From Mytilus trossulus (lineage: Eukaryota): a stretch of DNA of 64,000 bases. Under the pieces are notes generated by a model. The model did no database searches and was not told where the DNA came from. It saw only the letters and a program-made list of their open reading frames with translations. Positions 1-13,333 of the stretch are shown one piece after another. Made by a program: the position numbers and the translations under genes. Within the stretch, counting starts at the first letter, position 1. The number at the start of each line of letters is the position of its first letter. The stretch spans positions 73,842,001 to 73,906,000 of the forward strand of contig NC_086373.1 in NCBI RefSeq assembly GCF_036588685.1. The letters run 5' to 3'.

Positions 1-1347
1 TTCTCAATTGAATTGTTTTGTATTTTTCATGTGTGGATGTATTATAGCCGACTATACTGTATGTGTTTTTCTTATTGAGTCATTGTTGGAGGCTGTACAT
101 GTACAGTTGCCTATAAAAGCTTACATCCACTACATTGGAACCAAATCTCCTTATTTTATATTTAAAAAAATTTTGTGACACATTTCTTAAGTACATGTAC
201 TACTGAACACATTGACTTAGTCAGATGCTTTAATAGCATTGATAAGTTTAATGTATGAGAACTTTTCAAATCAGTCAAAACTGTTTTCTATTTTCAGAAA
301 CTTTTCTTAGATCAATCATACATGTCCTTCCTATTTTCAGATATTTTGATTTAGGAGTGGGGGTCTTGTTTTGTATGGCAATTAAATTAGCTTGTATGAC
401 TAGTAACAGGGTTTAGATATTTCATTAGTAATGTCAATAATTTGCATGATAAGTAACAGTTAATGATAGAAAATGAAAAAAAATAATATATCATTTTTAA
501 ATCATCTATATTTAGTATGATAAATACTTTTCATTAATAAAGCTTTGAAAAAGGGAAGTTCGCAGGTATTTACTTTAGTTACTTGCTCTGGTTATGCTGA
601 AAATAGAAAACTTTAATGTAGAGAAAACTGAGTCATAATTGATATTAAGTTTTGGCTTTGATTAACAAAAGGCTAATTTTTGTCTTACCTTGACTCAGTC
701 AAAATGTGAGACTAATGTGTGCTATTTCTGGTGCTAGCAGATTTGTTTGTGATTAGGTCAGTTTATGGGGAACCACTTATGATATTACAGTCAATGATAA
801 TTAATATGCAGTTGTATTAATACCAGTATTGATACATCTCATTTCCATGGAAATCATTTGCCCCCTCAGTCAAAGTTTACTGAATTAAAAACTTTAGTCT
901 AGAGTAAACATGGTAAAGTTTGTGATTATGTCAATTTAAGGGTATGCAGTTTCATAAGCATTTGTTATATCAGTAGATATTTTCACAGAAATTATTTGGC
1001 CCTGTACCCATAGTCATGGTTCATTGGCTTTGAATATTTTGCATATTTTACATTTCAAAGTACATGTATTGCAATTCCAATTTCAACAATTGTGTTTTAC
1101 TATCAAAAATATATGCAGGCTAGACAAATCTCTGTCAACAGTTTATTTTAAGTTTTACAATTATATTAAACAACTCTAGATCTATTACCATGTTTCTGAG
1201 GAAAACATTTACTAATGAAATAATTACCCCGGTATTTGAAATAAACCCAAATTTGAAAGTGGCAAAGGTACAAACTATTAAGAATGAATAAAAAAATGAA
1301 GACATCTTCTTATGTCTTTGACAATAATATTAATTTCCAATTTTTAG

Positions 1348-1579
1348 GGCATTAGTGATAGACCAGCAGACATTTCCAGCATTGCAATTCCTTGACCTAT
1401 CTGGTTGTGATAAAGTGACTTCTCTAGCTCTGACTGACCTGGTCAGTGTGTGTACCTCACTTGACCATCAGTTCTTATATTATTGTGACAATGTAACAGC
1501 AGATCCATATTCTGATTCTGCCAGTGGATGTCAGAACTTAGAATGTCCGACGAGAGCTTGTTGTCGTACAGGATGCTAG
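1348..1579 (+). CDS. FBXL5: F-box/LRR-repeat protein 5, last coding exon (final LRR plus C-terminal 2Fe-2S-binding tail); upstream exons lie outside the window
   Basis: Acceptor tttccaatttttag ends at 1347 (phase 2). The exon reads ALVIDQQTFPALQFLDLSGCDKVTSLALTDLVSVCTSLDHQFLYYCDNVTADPYSDSASGCQNLECPTRACCRTGC*, matching the characteristic FBXL5 ending LSGC...YYCDN...ASGCQNLxC..RACCR. Confidence 0.95.
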
Positions 1580-3130
1580 GTAGGTGTAAATGTGTATATG
1601 TTCAAATTTTGTGTTTTTGTTTTTAACTCACTGTCCAAATTATAGTCATTTCAGAATTTGTTGTTGAATGTTCAAGTTTTTTTTTTTTTATTATTTTATA
1701 CCATACTCACTGTTTAGAATAAAGTCCAAACTTATTGTCATTTCAGAATTTGTGGTATGTTTTATAAGTAAGAAAGCATTAAGTTTATTGTTATTCTAGA
1801 TGTAAAGTATATATTTATAAATATGAAGCCATGACTATGAAGGTGTTGGAATACTATGTACCATGGAATTGATGTAGGGAATAATGATGACGGTTCAGTT
1901 ATTTGGATTATTAAATACATTAGAACTTGTTGGTCATACTCAAAGCAAAAGTTTTTAACCAGATTTTTGACGAAAATGTCGGTTATTGATTTGGGGATGT
2001 ACAGTGGGCGGATGGCTGCAGTCAAATGTTGTCAGTGTATTTACTCCTGAACCACTCAACCAAAGCTTTTAAAATTTTAATATGTTGTTGCTGACAACAA
2101 AATGGAGGTCAAGTTCAATAATGACCATTTAGACTATTACCGTTCAGGAGTTATGGTTTTTGAAAAATTGACAAATGGTGTTTACAGTCATGTCGTTGGA
2201 TTGTGATCTCATTTACATATATATATATATACCAAGATTTCTTATTGATATAGAATTGCTATATGTAATATAAATTACAAGTAATGCTTGGTCTTAATTT
2301 GGATTATCATAAAAAGTGTTTATTTTACCACCATGCTTGTATATACAGTATTAAATTATCAGACTTCACATTCAGATCAATAAATATTACTTTGATCCAA
2401 CCAACATTAGAATATTGAATTACTTCCCTTTTATCATGTTTGTCTTCATATAAAATGCTTTTAGTAATCAAAACAGACTTTGTTTTCAATCTTTCACTCA
2501 TAATATTTGACTGAGAACAAGTATAGATATGGATAATTATCTGTTATTGAGAGCTGATAGATGGTGGTCTTTGATGGCTAATTATTGCATATTTGTGTGT
2601 ACCATATCGAGTCACACAATATACCAATTAACTTGTAATGAAGAAGATGTCTGAAAAGGAATTTGATATCGTTATTCGGGATAGATAGTAAATGGGGATA
2701 TTTGATACTGATACAATGGTTTTGTTTATGCATAGGTTCTTAATATGGAATAACCAAATATTTCATTTGTTCAAGGTTTAGAATAAGTTTGAAGTGCAAG
2801 GCTTTCAGAGCATATAAATCCTGTTCTGTTCATGCTAAATACGTTTTATAACATAGAAAATATAGAGTTATTTTCTTCATACTGCATTGTTAATTGCAAA
2901 AAAAAATTGGGAGAAAACTGAATTTGGTTCACAAAGCAAATATCTAACAATGTAAAATCCCACCTTCCTGTATTCCAATGTATTCAATCAGACAGTCCTT
3001 TCTCTATACTCAAGACAAATGCTGAAAGTCATGCTATATGATGTTATCACATGGGCATTGGTTTCACTGATACATTGAATATTTATGGTTTTTATGTATA
3101 TTCCATAAGCTGTAAAATGTATTGCTTTGG

Positions 3131-3186
3131 AATAAAGAATTTATTTATTCATATAAATGACCTAAAAAGTTCTCTGCAATAATAAA
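3131..3186 (+). terminator. Candidate proximal polyadenylation signals for FBXL5
   Basis: AATAAA at 3131 and 3181, followed by T-rich sequence, shortly before the first large transposon. AATAAA is common at this AT content. Confidence 0.3.
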
Positions 3187-3555
3187 TATCTTTATCTTTT
3201 GTTCTTTGAATTGAAAGTAACATTTCAAACTGTTTAAAGAATTGGTATCATTCCCTGTATATGTATTAGTGCTTAAGTTGATGCTAAGGATCCAAATGAT
3301 CTTGCTATTAGTATATCTCTTAGCTCATAATATCTGTTAGCTCATTAATGCAGCTTTGCTGGATATCAACAAGAAGAAAAGAACAGAAACATTGCTCCTT
3401 TCATAATAGTTTAATTCCAAGGTTATCTAGTGAATTTTGTCTTCTATAGCATACAGCATGGTGCCATAAATAATCAACCTATTAATGGCTGCTTATAACT
3501 AAAATGTGAAATGTACTTTTATATTAACTCGCCTCACAATAAAGAACTATACTTT

Positions 3556-6500
3556 TAGCTCACCTGGCCCGAAGGGCCAAGTGAGCTTTTCCCATCACTT
3601 GGCGTCCGGCGTCCGTCGTCGTTAACTTTTACAAAAATCTTCTCCTCTGAAACTACTGGGCCAAATGAAACCAAACTTGGCCACAATCATCATTGGGGTA
3701 TCTAGTTTAAAAAATGTGTGGCGTGACCCGCCAAACTAAACAAGATGGCCGCCATGGCTAAAAATAGAACATAGGGGTAAAATGCAGTTTTTGGCTTATA
3801 ACTCAAAAACCAAAGCATTTAGAGCAAATCTGACATGGGGGTAAAATTGTTAATCAGGTCAAGATCTACCTGCCCGTAAATTTTCAGATGAATCGGACAA
3901 CCCGTTGTTGGGTTGCTGCCCCTGAATCTGTAATTTTAGGGAAATTTTGCTGTTTTTGGTTATTATCTTGAATATTATTACAGATAGAGATAAACTGTAA
4001 ACACCAATAATGTTCAGCAAAGTAAGATTTACAAATAAGTCAACAGGACCAAAATGGTCAGTTGACCCATTTAGAAGTTATTGTCCTTTAATGTCAATTT
4101 TTAACCTTTTTTCGTAAATTTTATAGATCTTTTACAAAAATCTTCTCCTCTGAAACTGCTTGGCCAGATTATTTCAAACTTGGCCACAATCATCATTGGG
4201 GTATCTAGTTTAAAAAATGTGTGGCGTGATCCGCCAAACCAAACAAGATGGCCGCCATGGCTAAAAATAGAACATAGGGGTAAAATGCAGTTTTTGGCTT
4301 ATAACTCAAAAACCAAAGCATTTAGAGCAAATCTGACATGGGGGTAAAATTGTTAATCAGGTCAAGATCTACCTGCCTGGAAATTTTCAGATGAATCGGA
4401 CAACCCGTTGTTGGGTTGCTGGCCCTGAATCTGTAATTTTAGGGAAATTTTGCTGTTTTTGGTTATCTTGAATATTATTACAGATAGAGATAAACTGTAA
4501 ACAGCAATAATGTTCAGCAAAGTAAGATTTACAAATAAGTCAACAGGACCAAAATGGTCAGTTGACCCATTTAGAAGTTATTGTCCTTTAATGTCAATTT
4601 TTAACCTTTTTTCGTAAATTTTATAGATCTTTTACAAAAATCTTCTCCTCTGAAACTGCTTGGCCAGATTATTTCAAACCTGGCCACAATCATCTTTAGG
4701 GTATTTAGTTTAGAAAATGTGTGGTGTGACCCGCCAAACCAACCAAGATGGCCACCATGGCTAAAAATAGAACATCGGGGTAAAATGCAGTTTTTGGCTT
4801 ATAACTCAAAAACCAAAGCATTTAGAGCAAATCTGACATGGTGTGAAATTGTTCATCAGGTCATGTTTTATCTGCCCTGAAATTTTCAGATGAATCAGAG
4901 AACCTGTTGTTGGGTTGCTGTCCCTGAATTGGTAATTTTAAGAAAATTTTGCTGTTTTTGGTTATTAACTTGAATATTATTAGCTCACCTGACCTGAAAG
5001 GTCAAGTGAGCTTTTCTCATCACTTGGCGTCCGTCGTCCTGCATCCGTCGTCCGTAAACTTTTACAAAAATCTTCTCCTCTGAAACTACTGGGCCAAATT
5101 TAACCAAACTTGGCCACAATCATCCTTTGGGTATCTAGTTTAAAAAATGTGTCCGGTGACCTGGTCATCTAACCAAGATGGCCGCCATGGCTAAAAATAG
5201 AACATAGGGGTAAAATACAGTTTTTTGCACAGAACTGAAAAACCAAAGCATTTAGAGCAATTTGTCAAAGGGTAAAATTGTTGTTCAGGTTAAGATCTAT
5301 CTGCCCTGAAATTTTCAGATGAATATGACAACTTGTTGTTGGGTTGCTGCCCTGAATTGGTTATTTTAAGGAAATTTTGCAATTTTTGGTTATTATCTTG
5401 AATACTATTATAGATAGAGATAAACTGTAAACAGCAATAATGTTCAGCAAAGAAAGACCTACAAATAAGTCAACATGACCGAAATTGTCAGTCAACCCCT
5501 TAAGGAGTTATTGCCCTTTATAGTCAATTTTTAACCACTTTTCGTCATTTTTTGTAACTTGTACAAAAATCTTCTCCTCTGAAACTACTAGGCCAAATTA
5601 AACTAAACTTGGTTACAATCATCCTTGGGGTATCTTGTTAAAAAAATGTGTCCGATGACCCCGCCTACCAAACAAAATGGCTGACATGGCTAAAATTAGA
5701 ACATGGTGGTAAAATGCAGTTTTTTATTTATATATTTGAAACTAAGACATTTAGGGTAAATCTTACAAAATGTAAATGTCCATCAGAAAAAGATCTATTG
5801 CCTCACAAATTTTCAGATGAATCTGACAACTCGTTGTTGGGTTGCTGCCCTAAAATTGGTACTTTTAAGGAAATTTTGCAGTTTTTTGTTATTATCTTGA
5901 ATACTATTATAAATAGAGATAAACTGTAAACAGCAATAATGTTCAGCAAAATAAGATCTACAAATAAGTCAGCATGATCAAAATTGTTAGAGGACCCCTT
6001 AAGGAGTTATTGCCCTTTATAGTCAATATTAAACAACTTTTTTTCGTCATTTTTGTATTTTGTACAAAAATTTCTTTTCTAAAACTATGGGCCATTTTTA
6101 ACCAAACTTGGCCACAATCATAACTAGGGTATCTATTAAAAAAGTGTCTAATGACCCAACCTACCAACCAAGATGACCGACATCAGTAAATACAGTAACA
6201 GGTGAGCGACACAGGCTCTTGAGAGCCTCTAGTTATAGATAGAGTTAAACTGTAAACAGCAAAAATGTTCAGCAAAGTAAGATTTACAAATAAGTCAAAA
6301 TGACCAAAATGGTCAATTGACACCCTAAGGAGTTATTGTCCTTTATAGTCAATTTTTAACAATTTTCATAAAATTTGTTATTTTTTTACTACCGGTTTCA
6401 TTTTCCACAGAAACTACTGGGCCAAGTTCATAATAGATAGTGATAATTGTAAGCAGCAAGATTGTTCAGTAAAGTAAGATGTACAAACATATCACCATCA

Positions 6501-6594
6501 CCAAAACACAATTTTGTCATGAATCCATCTGCTTCCTTTGTTTAATATTCACATAGACCAAGGTGAGCGACACAGGCTCTTTAGAGCCTCTAGT
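3556..6594 (+). mobile_element. Non-autonomous Helentron/HINE-type element, family A (outer copy), with ~500-bp internal tandem repeats
   Basis: 5' subterminal repeat TAGCTCACCTGG with nearby inverted copy (CAAGTGAGCT), then a CGTC microsatellite, ~500-bp units (starts near 3631, 4134, 4634), 3' AGGTGAGC and terminal hairpin AGGCTCT-tt-AGAGCCT, ending CTAGT in a TT context. Confidence 0.85.
4981..6233 (+). mobile_element. HINE family A copy nested inside the outer copy
   Basis: Has its own 5' end (TAGCTCACCTGACC...GGTCAAGTGAGC), ~500-bp units (5064, 5563, 6064) and 3' hairpin. Removing it restores gaatattat|tatagatagag, as seen in the uninterrupted repeat units. Confidence 0.9.
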
Positions 6595-6698
6595 TATAAT
6601 TAGTTATAAAAGAACTTGTCTGCGTCATAGAAAAAAGCTTTAAAAGTGTGTCGGATGTCTTGCCAAACCAAGCACACAACAGTTTATTCCTAAGCATT

Positions 6699-6790
6699 TT
6701 TATGCCCAACCTACGATAGTAGAGGGGCATTATGTTTTCTGGTCTGCGTCCATCCCCCCATTTAGTCCATCCGTCCGTCTGTTCGTTTGT
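6699..6790 (+). mobile_element. 5' fragment of another HINE-type family
   Basis: TTTATGCCC...GGGCATTA short inverted repeat followed by a degenerate (CCGT/CTGT)n tract; no 3' end seen. Confidence 0.5.
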
Positions 6791-7150
6791 CCCTCTGTTA
6801 TTTTATTCATCAGAAGTTAGATATTTTCAGTAAGATTGGTGTCAAAGGAAAACAAACATTCTGACAATGTATATTTAAGCATGCCAAATCTACTCTGTTG
6901 GCATAGTTATGAGTCTAGCATGATAGTCGGATGACTTCTTCAATTCCCTCTTTTATCCTGTACACCATCTGATATTATACTATTGATTACACAGCATGTT
7001 TTCTGTTACTGACACTAAGTCACATTACCTTGAAAATATCTACAAAAACATGGTTTGTATTCATAGAGTTCTGTCAAAGGGGATTTAACATTCATGACAA
7101 CCTTCTTTTGACAAGTTAATCAAAAAGCAATTGGCCTGTTTTGATACAAA

Positions 7151-7320
7151 ACACCTTATCACTATTTGCCTTATCAGCCGTCCGACCCGGCTGCTTGAAC
7201 TTTTGACGCATACAACAATCACTTTTCCATTGTGGCGTCAGATATTTTGTTTTATGACGTCAAATTTTTACAGGAACCTGTGTGATATCCAGTAATGGCA
7301 GACAAATAGCGATAAGGTGT
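7151..7320. mobile_element. MITE (~170 bp)
   Basis: 18-bp TIRs ACACCTTATCACTATTTG / CAAATAGCGATAAGGTGT with 1 mismatch. Confidence 0.7.
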
Positions 7321-7416
7321 ATTCAGATGAGGGTTACTGATTTTGATTGCAACTGGAAATCAAGGGTATCTTCATCTTTACTTTTGAGGGCTTCTTCCTT
7401 TCTTTCTTTCTACATA

Positions 7417-7624
7417 CTGTGGATTCATTTATTTCCATGGGTATCAATTTTCATGGATTGAAGAACATTGCATTTTTGAGGTGATTTGATTTTGTTGTTT
7501 TGCCAATCTCTGTATAACAAGTCTATGGAAAAATTGTAATTTCGTTGAACATTCAAATTGTGATTCCCCTGTACCAAAGAAACCCAGAAAAATTTGTTTA
7601 CCACAAATTATAATGAATCCACAG
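7417..7624. mobile_element. MITE, probably Tc1/mariner-type (TA target)
   Basis: TIRs CTGTGGATTCATT / AATGAATCCACAG; TA on the left, CA on the right. Confidence 0.65.
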
Positions 7625-8285
7625 CATACAAGATTGATGCCTTGCCATATGGAATTGTTTGGCTTTTAATCCTTTTTTCCTAGTGATTCTGTGGCAGAGG
7701 TGTATGCTGTCCCTACCTTCAGTTTGAATGAGTATGTAATAATACCTGCTGTTAAACTGTCTTGCTTTTTAAAATCATTTGATTTATATGTGAACCTGTA
7801 TCAAGTCTAGATATTTATGTAACCACGCACAAAGCTTCTGTCAGTAAAATGTTCTCAATTAGAACCAAAGGTTTTTGTGCTATCATAAAGAGAATTGGGT
7901 TTTAGTAGAGTATTATATACAGCAGTGTTAGTTGATAAAGTATGTGATATGGTATGATGTAACAGTCTTATGAAATACTTGAAAATAACCCTGTAGGAAA
8001 GGAAATTTGGGATATTCTCCAATAAGGCAACAATCAATAAAGTTTTTATTAGTATAAATTATGATACATTCTTTTCTTTTTTGATATAAAAAAAGTTCTT
8101 TGTGGTACTAATTATTCAAATAAATTCTGACACGAAGAGAAAAATATAATTGTGTATCTAAAAAGGAATATTGAAGGCAAAACTGAAACAAATTATTTTA
8201 TACTAATTGTATTGTCAGTTATGATTTAAACAATAGTTTTAACATTTAACATTGTATGGATGTTCTTCATTAGCATATTTGTTGG

Positions 8286-8532
8286 GGCCTAAATTAATAT
8301 ATTGTTTGTTTCCCCAATCCCTACCCTGCCAAACAAGGTGTGGGTAGGTAGGTAGGGAAATAATTTTATTTTTCTAAAAAGCTGGAACAATATCGGTCGT
8401 TCCAGCAAGTCTAAAAATCAGAAATTAATAAAACAATAGTTTGCTTAGTTTTGACAATAAAATTTTGTGAGTCGGACCATTTTTGCAGGGTCGGTTGGGA
8501 TTGGGGAAACAAACAATATTTTATTTTAGGCC
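8286..8532. mobile_element. MITE with 3-bp TSD, PIF/Harbinger (Tourist)-like
   Basis: ~36-bp imperfect TIRs GGCCTAAA...ATATTGTTTGTTTCCCCAATCCC / GGGATTGGGGAAACAAACAATAT...TTTAGGCC; TGG on both sides (8283-8285, 8533-8535). Confidence 0.75.
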
Positions 8533-8859
8533 TGGAAGGTCCTCTGCTTTAGATTTCTCTCCTTATAGCAAGATAAGGTTGGCCTCTAATTTTAAGTTTA
8601 AAGGTACTATTTGATATACATTGTAATTTGCTACATTTGTCCTTAAGTTACAGATGTATTTAAACCTTGTTCTACAAAAGTAACAATCCTCCACTTACTA
8701 AGGACTTGAAAAAGATAATCATATGCACATTATAACAAGGCATCAAGATGATTGATTGAGGATTGCTTTATGTCCAGTGGCAAATATTTCATGCATGTTC
8801 AGGGCAGAAAAAAAAGTTTGCAAAGAGAAGATAGTATGACGGTTTGTTGAAAATAACAA

Positions 8860-9415
8860 ATATAAAAAAGAAGATGTGGTATGATTGCCAATGAGAAAAC
8901 TATCCACAAAAGAACAAAATGACACAGACATTAAAAAATATAGGTCACTGTATGGCCTTCAACAATGAGCAAAGCCCATACCACATAGTCAGCTATAAAA
9001 GGCCTCGATAAGACAATGTAAAACAATTCAAACGAGAAAACTGAGGTCCTTATTTATGTAAAAAAATGGAAGAAAAACAAATATGTAACACATAAACAAA
9101 CAACAACCACTGAATTACAGGCTCCTGACTTTGGACAGGCAAATACATAAATAATGTGGCGGGGTTAAACATGTTAGTGGGATCCCAACCCTTCCCCTAA
9201 CCTTGGACAGTGGTATAACAGTACAACATAAGAACGAACTATAAAAATCAGTTGAAAAAGGCTTAACTCATCTGATGGACAAAAATAAAAGTGGACGTGG
9301 CCGGGTACTTATACATCCCAACACTTAAAGACACAATGAACAGATCTGAGAGTACTCGCAGTTATCTGACAGCTAGTTCAAAGCCACTTACAACTAATAA
9401 AAAAAATCAGACTAA
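8860..9415. repeat. Abundant dispersed repeat (family with AAGAAGATGTGGTATGATTGCCAATGAGA end)
   Basis: The same end motif recurs, mostly inverted, near 13290-13330, 19430, 27530-27610, 42900 and 43100-43145. Confidence 0.65.
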
Positions 9416-11319
9416 ACACAGCTTTTTTTTTCTAAACACTGTATCATAGAACAACTAAGGATATGGGGTACCATCCCTAACACAAAATTGGTTCATGCAC
9501 AGCAAAAAAACACACAAACAAGAAGCAAAGGAACAGTGCTTTTATTGCTGTTCTTCATCTCAAAGTCACAGTGAGGCTTTCAACATAGAGCAAAAATAAC
9601 TGTCACCTCATTCAAGTTTAAGATAGTCCCTAGCTAGTTTGTCATTCTGGTACCCATCTTTAAGATATTTACATAAGAAATGTATCAGTATTTATGCCAT
9701 GTTTTCAATTACTGATAGTTTAGAACCATTGCAACACCTTAGCATTTCTGAATTTAATTTTCACACATCAATTTGTCTTGTAGATAAAATGTTAGTTTTA
9801 CAGAAACTTACAGTTTACTCTGAATTGTCTTTTGTTAATTGACAAAGAAATGCTTACCAGAGCTTGTTACAATCAATATATTTACTGACATTGATTTCTT
9901 ACTTAGTTAATTTGATTCTTTTAATATTAGAGAATGAATACATTTCCCCGAAGAGTTTATCAATCCCTATTATTAATTTTACACATCTTACAATATTGAA
10001 ATTTCTATTCAAATTAGTGCTGAGGACAACCAGAGTTGTTGACAATATGTTGTTGCTTGGAGATAAAAACAAAAAAGTGAATATTCAATATAGACTTAGT
10101 AGTAAGCCTATATTATAAAAATGGATTGCAGATTGAATTCTTTTATTGCATGGTGCCCTAGTATGAATAAAATAGGTTAGATAATAAGTGGAAGATACAG
10201 AGTTAGAATCCGGTTCTTGATGCTGTCAAGCAGCTAAGGACAATGTTTTAATCAACACTTTGTTGGTAATTTTCACCTTTCATGGTATAACGTTACATGT
10301 GTAATTAATTTAGTGAATAAATGTGCAATCATTGCACAATTAAAACACTTGAAGGCTTTCTTCTTGACAAAGTCCCATGGCAATGTGATACTATTAACAA
10401 ACTGAATTATTGTTGCCATCCACTTCAATTTTCTATTATTTGACGTAAATAATTCTGAGAGGATATGTTCTTGTCAATAATGGATGACGTAAATGCATGT
10501 TATTATGAAAGCAATTTAATTTCACAAAAGATTTTCTGAGTTAATGATTGTAAGTGACAATTTACTAATGGGATTCAAAAGTGAAAAGAAGAGAATGTAT
10601 AGTGTTAGGAGGGGCCTTAATGATTAAAATTTTAACATTTGTCAATGATTTTTCTGATTATGTATGTTTAAAAGTAGTACTTATGTGGTTAAAATAATAG
10701 GATTTCTGGTGTATTTAAAAGAGAGTTGAATATAGTAGACCATAATGCCTAGAATTCTTTTTGATATTATAGCATCTTGTAAGCATTGTTGGGACATAAT
10801 GGTTGCTATCCAGAAGAATATCCTAAGCGATTTCAATATCACTTGGTGTCATGATGAGATTGTTTGATCTAACCTTTACCAAATTTTAAATAGGAAATGA
10901 CCCTTGAAATTATCCAAAGAAAAACTAAGACCCCTATTGGTCTTTAAGGTGAATCATTAGATCCAAGGTCAAAATCACAATGCTTATGACTACAATGAAA
11001 TATAGGGAAAGTTTTGTTTCCAGGCAACATGTTTTGAGCATGACCAATCAAGTTAACAATAAACATTGTAGTGAAAAAAAAAAAATGTTTTAAGGAATTT
11101 TGGTCACATGCAGCACAAAAGGTGGATTAAAATTTTTGCTTCAATGTGACCTTTGGTTTCAATTTTATGCTGTAGTTAAAAAGTTAAACTTTTAAAATTT
11201 ATTTTTCAAGTTTTATTTTTTTGTAACAATGCCTGATTGATCAATAGTTTTTGTCTCTCAATTCTGACATAGGAATTTTGATTGGGAGGCTTTGATTTAA
11301 GCTTCATACAAATGTACTT

Positions 11320-11966
11320 TAGGGGCTAGAAGACCATTTGTCAGATGTCCATTGTCCTTGACCTAATTTCATGGTTTAACAACTTCATAAATAAATTGTA
11401 CAGTTATTTTCTTTTGCAAATTTCTCTCTTATTATGAGTTGTTAGATAATTTAAGTTCACATATATTGGATGCTTGCAACATGTAAATAATCGTCAGACA
11501 GGGTTCATTTGACCTTGACACCATTTACATGGTTCATTGGTCAATGTTAAGCATTCCTGGTTAATATAAATAAGATGTGGTATGAATGCTGTTGAGACAA
11601 CTCAAAGGGCTCCAAAATGACTAGTGTAATAAAAATTAAACAGGAAAACAAGTGGTCTAATCTATATAAAAAATTAGAAACACTTATGAACCATGTCTGT
11701 CTAGCAGGTATCAACAGAGCTTAACCTTTGATTCCTTGGCCTATGTTAAGTTTTCATAGGGAGGTCTAAGCAACCAGTTAACTTTTTTGGTGTATGAAAT
11801 GGTTGTAAGGTGTTCCTGTCTGTCTGGCTGGGTATACCTAAACTTGCCCTCATTTACATGACTCATTGTTATTATGTAAGATTTATTTTTTGTAATAAAA
11901 CCTTCATCTTCAATGTCAATCATGATCAGTGAGGCAGGCAAGACATATAAGGGTGTGCACTTTAGT
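11320..11966 (+). mobile_element. Degenerate HINE family C fragments
   Basis: GACCTTGAC/CATGGTTCA repeat motifs and an end GTGTGCACTTTAGTT that matches the reverse complement of the element end at 37286. Confidence 0.5.
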
Positions 11967-12998
11967 TTTTAATGGTCATATCAACAAACATAATAAGTAT
12001 TTCTTTCATATATCTGTAAGAATTCAAATCAAATTCAACTTAGTAGCCCAAAAAAGGATTAGGACAAGTTTACAATTCCAATTTAAGACTAATGATCTAT
12101 ATAAGATTACTATTACTATTTTGATGATTGTTATTAATTAAATGTTATGGATTAACGGCTAATGTGCGCATAATTTTAATATTTTAGATTTGTATTAAGG
12201 GTTCAGCAAACATTAAGAAATATTTGGCTTATAAATTGTAACTATGTTGTTGTTTTATTCAATATATTATTTTTTTAACACTTTGTGGGTCTTATTGATG
12301 AATACTATCAAGTTTTATATTATTGATGTTCATCTTCAAATTAAAATTCTCGTAAAGATTTTAGCAGTTAGAATATTTAATTTGATGGTATCGATGACTT
12401 TATCATTTTAACTATAAAATAATTTCTTTGTTTGCTGTTAAATGCCATTAAAATACATGAATTTTGGTCGTCAAATAACAGGGTAACGTTGAGACTTTAG
12501 ATGAGTTGGCAAGACATAGCAATGAATAGGCTCTTTTGAAAATACAAGATTTATATATTTTCTGTAATTTGACACTGGGCAGTGAATCAGTTTATTCCAC
12601 AAAATTACAAACACAAATATGATTTAAAGGTAGTACTTGTCACCAATATGTAAATACTGTCCTTGTTCAAGATTTAATTTTACAAATAATTTGTTTAATT
12701 GACTTGCAAATATCATGTAAGAGTTGTTTTCCTTTTAATTGAAAAATAAACTTATTTTGGATACTGCAAATTTGTGGAAGTTTTATCATTAATTTCATAT
12801 ACCAGAATGTCAAGTACATTTCTACCAATTACATTATTAACGTGAATGGCCACATCTGTATATATTATACAGTGTATTTGTGATTTGTATGCACTTGATG
12901 CTTCCATCGCACAAAGGCATTTCAAAATTAAACATATGTTGCCATTATACAATAACAGTCTTTCTTTGGTGTGATGTAACATTATTGTTTTAAGCAAG

Positions 12999-13333
12999 GG
13001 TGAAGGTTGGTATCTATTAAAATGTTTAAAACCACTGCATTTATTTGCACCTGTTTTAAGTCAGGAACCTGATGTTCAGTAATTGTTGTTTGTTGATGTG
13101 GTTCATAAGTTTCTTGTTTTTCTTTTTTTATATAGACTAAATCATAAGTTTTCCTCTTTGAATGGTTTTACACTAGTCATTTTTAGGGCCCTTTATAGTA
13201 TGCTCGTTGGTGTGAGCCAAGGCTCTTTGTTAAAGATGGTCTTTGACCTATGCGTTGTAATGGTTTACTTTTAAAAATGAACTTGGTTGGAGAGTTGTCT
13301 CATTGGCCCTCATATCACATCTTCTTATATCTA
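12999..13333. repeat. Dispersed repeat copy
   Basis: Aligns by eye to 42695-42935 (GATGTGGTTCATAAG...TTGAATGGTTTT...ATGGTTTACTTTT...TCTCATTGGC). Confidence 0.65.

Noticed and set aside
1580-3550. Iron-responsive element in the FBXL5 3' region
   Set aside because: The CAGTG loops I checked (near 2002 and 2033) lack the 5-bp upper stem and C bulge; a formal covariance-model scan was not possible.
5648-6167. ORFs of 93 and 69 aa
   Set aside because: They lie within non-coding HINE tandem units whose sister copies do not preserve the frame.
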